From Candidatus Woesearchaeota archaeon (lineage in GTDB: Archaea > Nanobdellota > Nanobdellia > Woesearchaeales > ARS49): a DNA stretch of 60,302 nt. Positions 56,588 to 60,302 of this stretch are shown here, piece by piece. The notes under the pieces are model-generated. The model searched no databases. It saw nothing but the letters and a program-made list of their open reading frames with translations, and had not been told where the DNA came from. Both the position numbers and the translations under genes were made by a program. Location: assembly GCA_016203305.1 (NCBI GenBank), contig JACQMY010000027.1, positions 1-60,302 on the forward strand. The letters are read 5' to 3'. Numbering within the stretch: the first letter of the stretch is position 1; each line of letters starts with the position of its first letter.

Positions 56588-57559
56588 ATGATTCGGATGC
56601 CTTTGCCTGATATGTTGGCGAGATTGAAGGAGAAGTCTGGTCTTTCCGAGCAGGATATTCTTGCGAAGATTGATGCGAAGTGTGCTTCTTTGTCTGGTTT
56701 GATTTCTAAGGAGGGTGCTGCGCATATTATTTCGAATGAGCTTGGTGTTAAGTTGTTGGAGAGTTCTGGTAAGATTCGTGACTTGTTGCCTGGCATGCGT
56801 AATGTTGAAATTCTTGGTCGGGTTACTCAGGTTTTTGATGTTAGGGAGTTTCAGCGTGCTGATGGTTCTGGTGGTAAGGTTGGTAGTTTCCTTGTTGGTG
56901 ATGATTCTGGTATTGTGCGGATTGTTTGTTGGGGTACTCAGGCTGAGGTTCTTCGCCAGCTTTCTGCTGGTATGCCTTTGAAGATTTCTGGTGGTTTGGT
57001 TAGGGAGAACCAGCGGGGGTATAAGGAGGTGCATTTGAACGAGGCTTCTCGTGTTAACTTGTCTCCTCAGGAGCCGGTTCCTGAGGTTGGTAAGGTTCAA
57101 AGGAAGACTTTGCGTGAGCTTCAGGAGTCTGATGATCAGGTTGAGATCATGGGCACTGTTGTGCAGGTATTTGATCCTAAGTTTTTCGAGGTTTGTCCTC
57201 AGTGTAATACGAGGGTTAAGGAGGTTGAGGGTCATTGGTCTTGCGGTGAGCACGGCACGGTTGTTCCTGACTATAGTTATTTGGTGAATGTTTTCCTTGA
57301 TGATGGTACTGAGAACTTGCGTGTTGTTTTGTTTAGAAACCAGGCTGAGAAGTTGTTGGATAAGACTAAGGAGCAGATGGTTGCTTATCGTGTTGCTCCT
57401 GATTCTTTTGAGCCTTTGAAGACTGAGTTGTTGGGCGAGCAGTTTAAGTTTGTTGGTCGTGTGAAGAAGAATACTTTTTTTGATCGTTTGGAATTTATTG
57501 CCAACCAGGTTAAGAAGGCAAATGCTGATGAGGAGTTGGCCAAGCTTGATCCGCAGTGA
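56588..57559 (+). CDS. rpa: RPA-like single-stranded DNA-binding protein (OB folds plus Zn ribbon)
   Basis: N-terminal helical domain (LSEQDILAKIDAKCASLSGLISKEGAAHIISNELGV), OB fold, and CPQC...CGEHG zinc ribbon. TATA ttcttataaata at 56546-56557. Confidence 0.8.
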   Translation: MIRMPLPDMLARLKEKSGLSEQDILAKIDAKCASLSGLISKEGAAHIISNELGVKLLESSGKIRDLLPGMRNVEILGRVTQVFDVREFQRADGSGGKVGSFLVGDDSGIVRIVCWGTQAEVLRQLSAGMPLKISGGLVRENQRGYKEVHLNEASRVNLSPQEPVPEVGKVQRKTLRELQESDDQVEIMGTVVQVFDPKFFEVCPQCNTRVKEVEGHWSCGEHGTVVPDYSYLVNVFLDDGTENLRVVLFRNQAEKLLDKTKEQMVAYRVAPDSFEPLKTELLGEQFKFVGRVKKNTFFDRLEFIANQVKKANADEELAKLDPQ

Positions 57560-57601
57560 TTGCGAAAGGCTTTTAAATGTCATTGACTAGTGGTCACTGT
57601 C

Positions 57602-57985
57602 ATGAATCAGGACGTCTTTAATGAGTTGATTGATACGCTTGGTGCAGTTGTTGGCACGTTTCGTTCAGTGGAAACGTTTCCAAAACAAACGGATATTCTT
57701 CTTGCTATGGTTTTGCAGGTTGTTGGGCGTTTGAAAGTGGAAGTGCCAAATCCTTCTCAAGAAGAGCTTGATGCAATTATAGAGTTGCAAACAGGGTTGG
57801 TTGAATTTAAGGATAATGTGTCAAAGTATGGAAGGAATCTGGTGAAAGCAAGAGCCGATTTTAAAGAAAATTTAAGGGGGCTTCTCAAAGAGCTTGATGG
57901 TATCGCTGTTGCCAATCCACAGTATGGTTTGCGGTTGAGAAGTCTGCAAGGGTATAGGCTGCTCAGGAAGCTGGTGGGCGTATGA
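57602..57985 (+). CDS. hypothetical helical protein (cassette gene 1)
   Basis: TATA ggcttttaaatg at 57569-57580, about 25 nt upstream of ATG 57602. Composition lacks the core T/G excess. No motif recognised. Confidence 0.6.
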   Translation: MNQDVFNELIDTLGAVVGTFRSVETFPKQTDILLAMVLQVVGRLKVEVPNPSQEELDAIIELQTGLVEFKDNVSKYGRNLVKARADFKENLRGLLKELDGIAVANPQYGLRLRSLQGYRLLRKLVGV

Positions 57986-58671
57986 ATCATTTGCAAGCTG
58001 GTTCGAAGAGGCTGGCAGATATTCTTGCCGAGTGTGATGAGTGGTATCATTTTGATGTCTCCACCGCGTCCCGGAGCGTGAGAATTCGATTAATGCAGGA
58101 TGATGAAATTCTTTTTGATGGTTATGAGTTAAAGAAAGCGAAATGTGCGCGAATAGCATATGATGCTTCTCTTCTATTTGGTTCAGGGCGATATAATTTC
58201 AATGGAACTTCGGTAACTGCAGAGAGTGTCAGCAAGTTTTGTCTTGGGCTTGAGGATTGGTTGGAACAGAGGGAACGGGGAAATCCAGTGAGTAACGACC
58301 TCCGTGATGCAAACTCGCTTCTTGATAGGATTGCGAAGGATGCGGGAATTCCTCAATATATGGTTGCGAGCTATTTGCGTTTAAGTGCGCAGTTTCCAAT
58401 TCCTGCTTTTGAGGATTTAGGCTCGCATATTCGTGCTGGAAAAATGAATGGGCTAAAAACAAATCTTGCATTTTTTAAAGATGAACTCGAGCGGGGGACG
58501 GATGTCCGAATTTTAAACGTTGAGCAGCTTCATCCTTTTGTTGTCAAAGACGGCAATATCGTTGCCTGCGTTTTTGATCCGAAAATGAGGGTGTATCAAA
58601 CTACAAGCCCGAGTGCATACGATTTTCGCAATGTACTGCGACAGCATTCTGCCGATCATCGTTATCTATAA
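57982..58671 (+). CDS. hypothetical protein (cassette gene 2)
   Basis: ATGA overlap with cassette gene 1. 229 aa, no motif recognised. Confidence 0.6.
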   Translation: MNHLQAGSKRLADILAECDEWYHFDVSTASRSVRIRLMQDDEILFDGYELKKAKCARIAYDASLLFGSGRYNFNGTSVTAESVSKFCLGLEDWLEQRERGNPVSNDLRDANSLLDRIAKDAGIPQYMVASYLRLSAQFPIPAFEDLGSHIRAGKMNGLKTNLAFFKDELERGTDVRILNVEQLHPFVVKDGNIVACVFDPKMRVYQTTSPSAYDFRNVLRQHSADHRYL

Positions 58672-58746
58672 GCTTATTGCCTTGGCACAGTATGATCTTT
58701 TCAAATCACTTCATAATCATATTTGGTGGGTGGCAACGTGGAGACC

Positions 58747-58835
58747 ACTTTTTTTGACCGTTTGGAATTCATTGCTAACCAGGTGAAAAAGGCTAATCCT
58801 GAGGAGGAGTTGGCTAAGTTGAATCCGCAGCAATA
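58747..58835 (+). pseudogene. orphan duplicate of the rpa 3' end
   Basis: 58747-58830 aligns to 57473-57556 without gaps (12 mismatches in 84 nt by hand count). It encodes TFFDRLEFIANQVKKANPEEELAKLNPQQ*, compared with TFFDRLEFIANQVKKANADEELAKLDPQ* at the end of rpa. Confidence 0.8.
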
Positions 58836-58845
58836 GTTGCCAGCC

Positions 58846-58952
58846 GTCTTCATCCTTCCGCCTTCGTCCTAATGCCAAATGCCCAACGCCCTAATACCTT
58901 CGTCCTTCCGCCTTCATCCGCCTACAACCTAATACCCAACAGCCAAAAGCTA
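58846..58952 (+). repeat. heptad array
   Basis: gtcttcatccttccgccttcgtcctaatgccaaatgcccaacgccctaataccttcgtccttccgccttcatccgcctacaacctaatacccaacagccaaaagc. Confidence 0.88.
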
Positions 58953-58994
58953 TTATACGCGTTCGTAGTTCTATCGATCAAAAGGGTGATTCTC

Positions 58995-59459
58995 ATGATG
59001 GGCAGAACTCATATGGCAATAGGATTTCTAGTAGGCTTGTTAGTTTTGCCTTTTGTTCAGCCGGATAACAGTCTGTTGTTCGTATTTTTAGTAACGTTTG
59101 CAAGCTTGTGGCCGGATGTCGATCATGAGAACAGTAAGATCAATCGGTTGCTTCCGATAACGCGTTGGATTCCGCGCGTGTTTGTGCATCGTGGTTTTTT
59201 TCATAGCGTTTTTCCAGCATTAATATTATATGGTGTGTTTTGGTATTTTGGCTTGGCGTGGATTGGTCTTCCGCTTGCGCTTGGCTACTTGACCCATTTA
59301 GCTTCTGATTGTCTTACGCGGCTTGGTTGTAATTTGTTGCACCCGGTTAGCACGTTTCGCATTCAGGGTTTTGTCTGGACTGATGGCTTGGTTGAGTTTG
59401 CGTTGTTTGGTGTGGTTGTAGTTCTTGATGTCGTTGTTGGCGTTATGCGTTTCTTTTGA
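58995..59459 (+). CDS. DUF457/YdjM-like membrane-bound metal-dependent hydrolase
   Basis: MMGRTHMAIGFLVG...WPDVDHENSKI...HRGFFHS...THLASD. SD aagggtgat precedes ATG 58995. The ORF-track start at 58872 reads through the array. Confidence 0.7.
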   Translation: MMGRTHMAIGFLVGLLVLPFVQPDNSLLFVFLVTFASLWPDVDHENSKINRLLPITRWIPRVFVHRGFFHSVFPALILYGVFWYFGLAWIGLPLALGYLTHLASDCLTRLGCNLLHPVSTFRIQGFVWTDGLVEFALFGVVVVLDVVVGVMRFF

Positions 59460-59465
59460 CATTCG

Positions 59466-59645
59466 TCTACAAACTGCGGGCTAATGGCCACTGGCCAACA
59501 TCCTTCGTCCTAATTCCTACAACCTAACGCCTAATACCTACATCCTTCGTCCTAATACCTAATAGCCAAAAGCCTACATCCTTCGTCCTAATACCTTCTT
59601 CCGCCTTCATTCTTCGTCCCAATCCCCACTTCCCACTGGACACTA
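59466..59645 (+). repeat. heptad array (about 25 units)
   Basis: ...catccttcgtcctaattcctacaacctaacgcctaatacctacatccttcgtcctaatacctaatagccaaaagcctacatccttcgtcctaataccttcttccgccttcattcttcgtcccaatccccacttccc. Confidence 0.88.
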
Positions 59646-59770
59646 GACAGGCCCTCTCGCGGCATATTTAAACCGCTCTTGGTATTAGAGTACTCATTGT
59701 GAGCACCTCACTCGGAGGTTATCCGGGCTGAAACAAAACGGGAAGCTTCGCCAACAAGGTTGGTGAAGGC

Positions 59771-60205
59771 TTGACGATGCAAAGCATCGGCAAGAACCAA
59801 GAGGTGAACGAAATGGAAACGACAAACAGACAAGGAATTGAGGTGGCCTCGAGCCATCAGTTGGTTAACAGCCAACAGGCCAATAGCCAAGAGCTAATAG
59901 CTAACAGCCAACAGTTAACAGCGGGTCAGGAGCCAAGTGCTCAGCCGCATGAGGACAAGCGTGTGCCTGCCAGGCGTTTTACTACTGGCGCGATTAGCGC
60001 GACAGTCTGGAAAAACAGCAATGTGAACCGTGATGGTAAGGTGTTTGAGACGCATACTGTGAGTTTGCAGCGCCGTTATGCTGATCGTTCTGGTCAGTGG
60101 CAGAGCACGAATTCTTTGCGTGTGAACGACTTGCCTAAGGCAATGCTTGTTTTGGACGAGGCATATAAGTTTTTGGTTCTCCAATCCAAGGAGGAGGCTC
60201 AATAA
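59771..60205 (+). CDS. hypothetical protein; N-terminal third contains a heptad array, so the true start is uncertain
   Basis: The conserved-looking C-terminal part is RRFTTGAISATVWKN...RRYADRSGQWQSTNSLRVNDL. 59866-59922 is ttaacag|ccaacag|gccaata|gccaaga|gctaata|gctaaca|gccaaca|gttaaca. An alternative in-frame GTG at 59963 has a gagga SD. Confidence 0.5.
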   Translation: MTMQSIGKNQEVNEMETTNRQGIEVASSHQLVNSQQANSQELIANSQQLTAGQEPSAQPHEDKRVPARRFTTGAISATVWKNSNVNRDGKVFETHTVSLQRRYADRSGQWQSTNSLRVNDLPKAMLVLDEAYKFLVLQSKEEAQ

Positions 60206-60255
60206 TTTTTTTAACTTTTTTTAATTTGGTATAAAACAAAAAAAGGTGATGACTG

Positions 60256-60302
60256 ATGGCAAAAGCGTACAAGGAAAATGATGTTTTGAGGATTGATACT
60301 CC
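60256..60302 (+). CDS. 5' end of an ORF running off the window
   Basis: SD aaggtgat, then ATG 60256 (MAKAYKENDVLRIDT...). Too short to identify. Confidence 0.3.
   Translation, partial: MAKAYKENDVLRIDT

Overview
This is an archaeal chromosomal window of about 60 kb. Assigning it to a small-genome, DPANN-like archaeon is inference only, based on gene content and promoter style.

Recognisable housekeeping genes: TFE, Hjc, a histone, RNase Z, tRNA-splicing endonuclease, FEN1, a Trm5/Taw2-like methyltransferase, PAN, the RFC small subunit, Pelota, PheRS alpha and beta, L14e, L34e, RNase P Rpp30 and an RPA-like SSB.

(1) Three long operons encode secreted or membrane proteins with no recognisable function.
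- 19040-25127 (minus strand): three paralogous lipobox proteins, a polytopic membrane protein and an anchored protein.
- 33432-45310 (plus strand): Cys-rich secreted proteins, a 1716-aa membrane-anchored giant and five pilin-like proteins.
- 50304-56453 (plus strand): twelve consecutive genes, every one with a class III (archaeal type IV pilin-like) N-terminus.
- No prepilin peptidase, assembly ATPase or platform protein is visible in the window.

(2) A pervasive intergenic repeat grammar. Degenerate, nearly G-free arrays with a 7-nt period (CCTTCNN / CCTAANN / ACTACNN / AGCCAAN) occur at more than 20 sites. They are always C-rich on the + strand whatever the orientation of the flanking genes. 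Short inverted arms form hairpins at operon ends.

(3) Small compositionally distinct accessory islands.
- An ArsR-controlled operon of Met-rich and SHOCT membrane proteins.
- A Doc toxin.
- An MNT/HEPN pair.
- A two-gene cassette bracketed by an 84-nt duplication of the rpa 3' end.

(4) Gene lesions. tfe carries an in-frame TAA, and a dCMP deaminase carries two frameshifts, one at a G10 run.

Core genes show a strong absolute-strand T (and G) excess on the + strand. This explains the many long low-complexity antisense ORFs in the six-frame track. BRE/TATA boxes about 25-30 nt upstream of ATGs suggest many leaderless transcripts. No rRNA, tRNA, CRISPR array or transposase was recognised.
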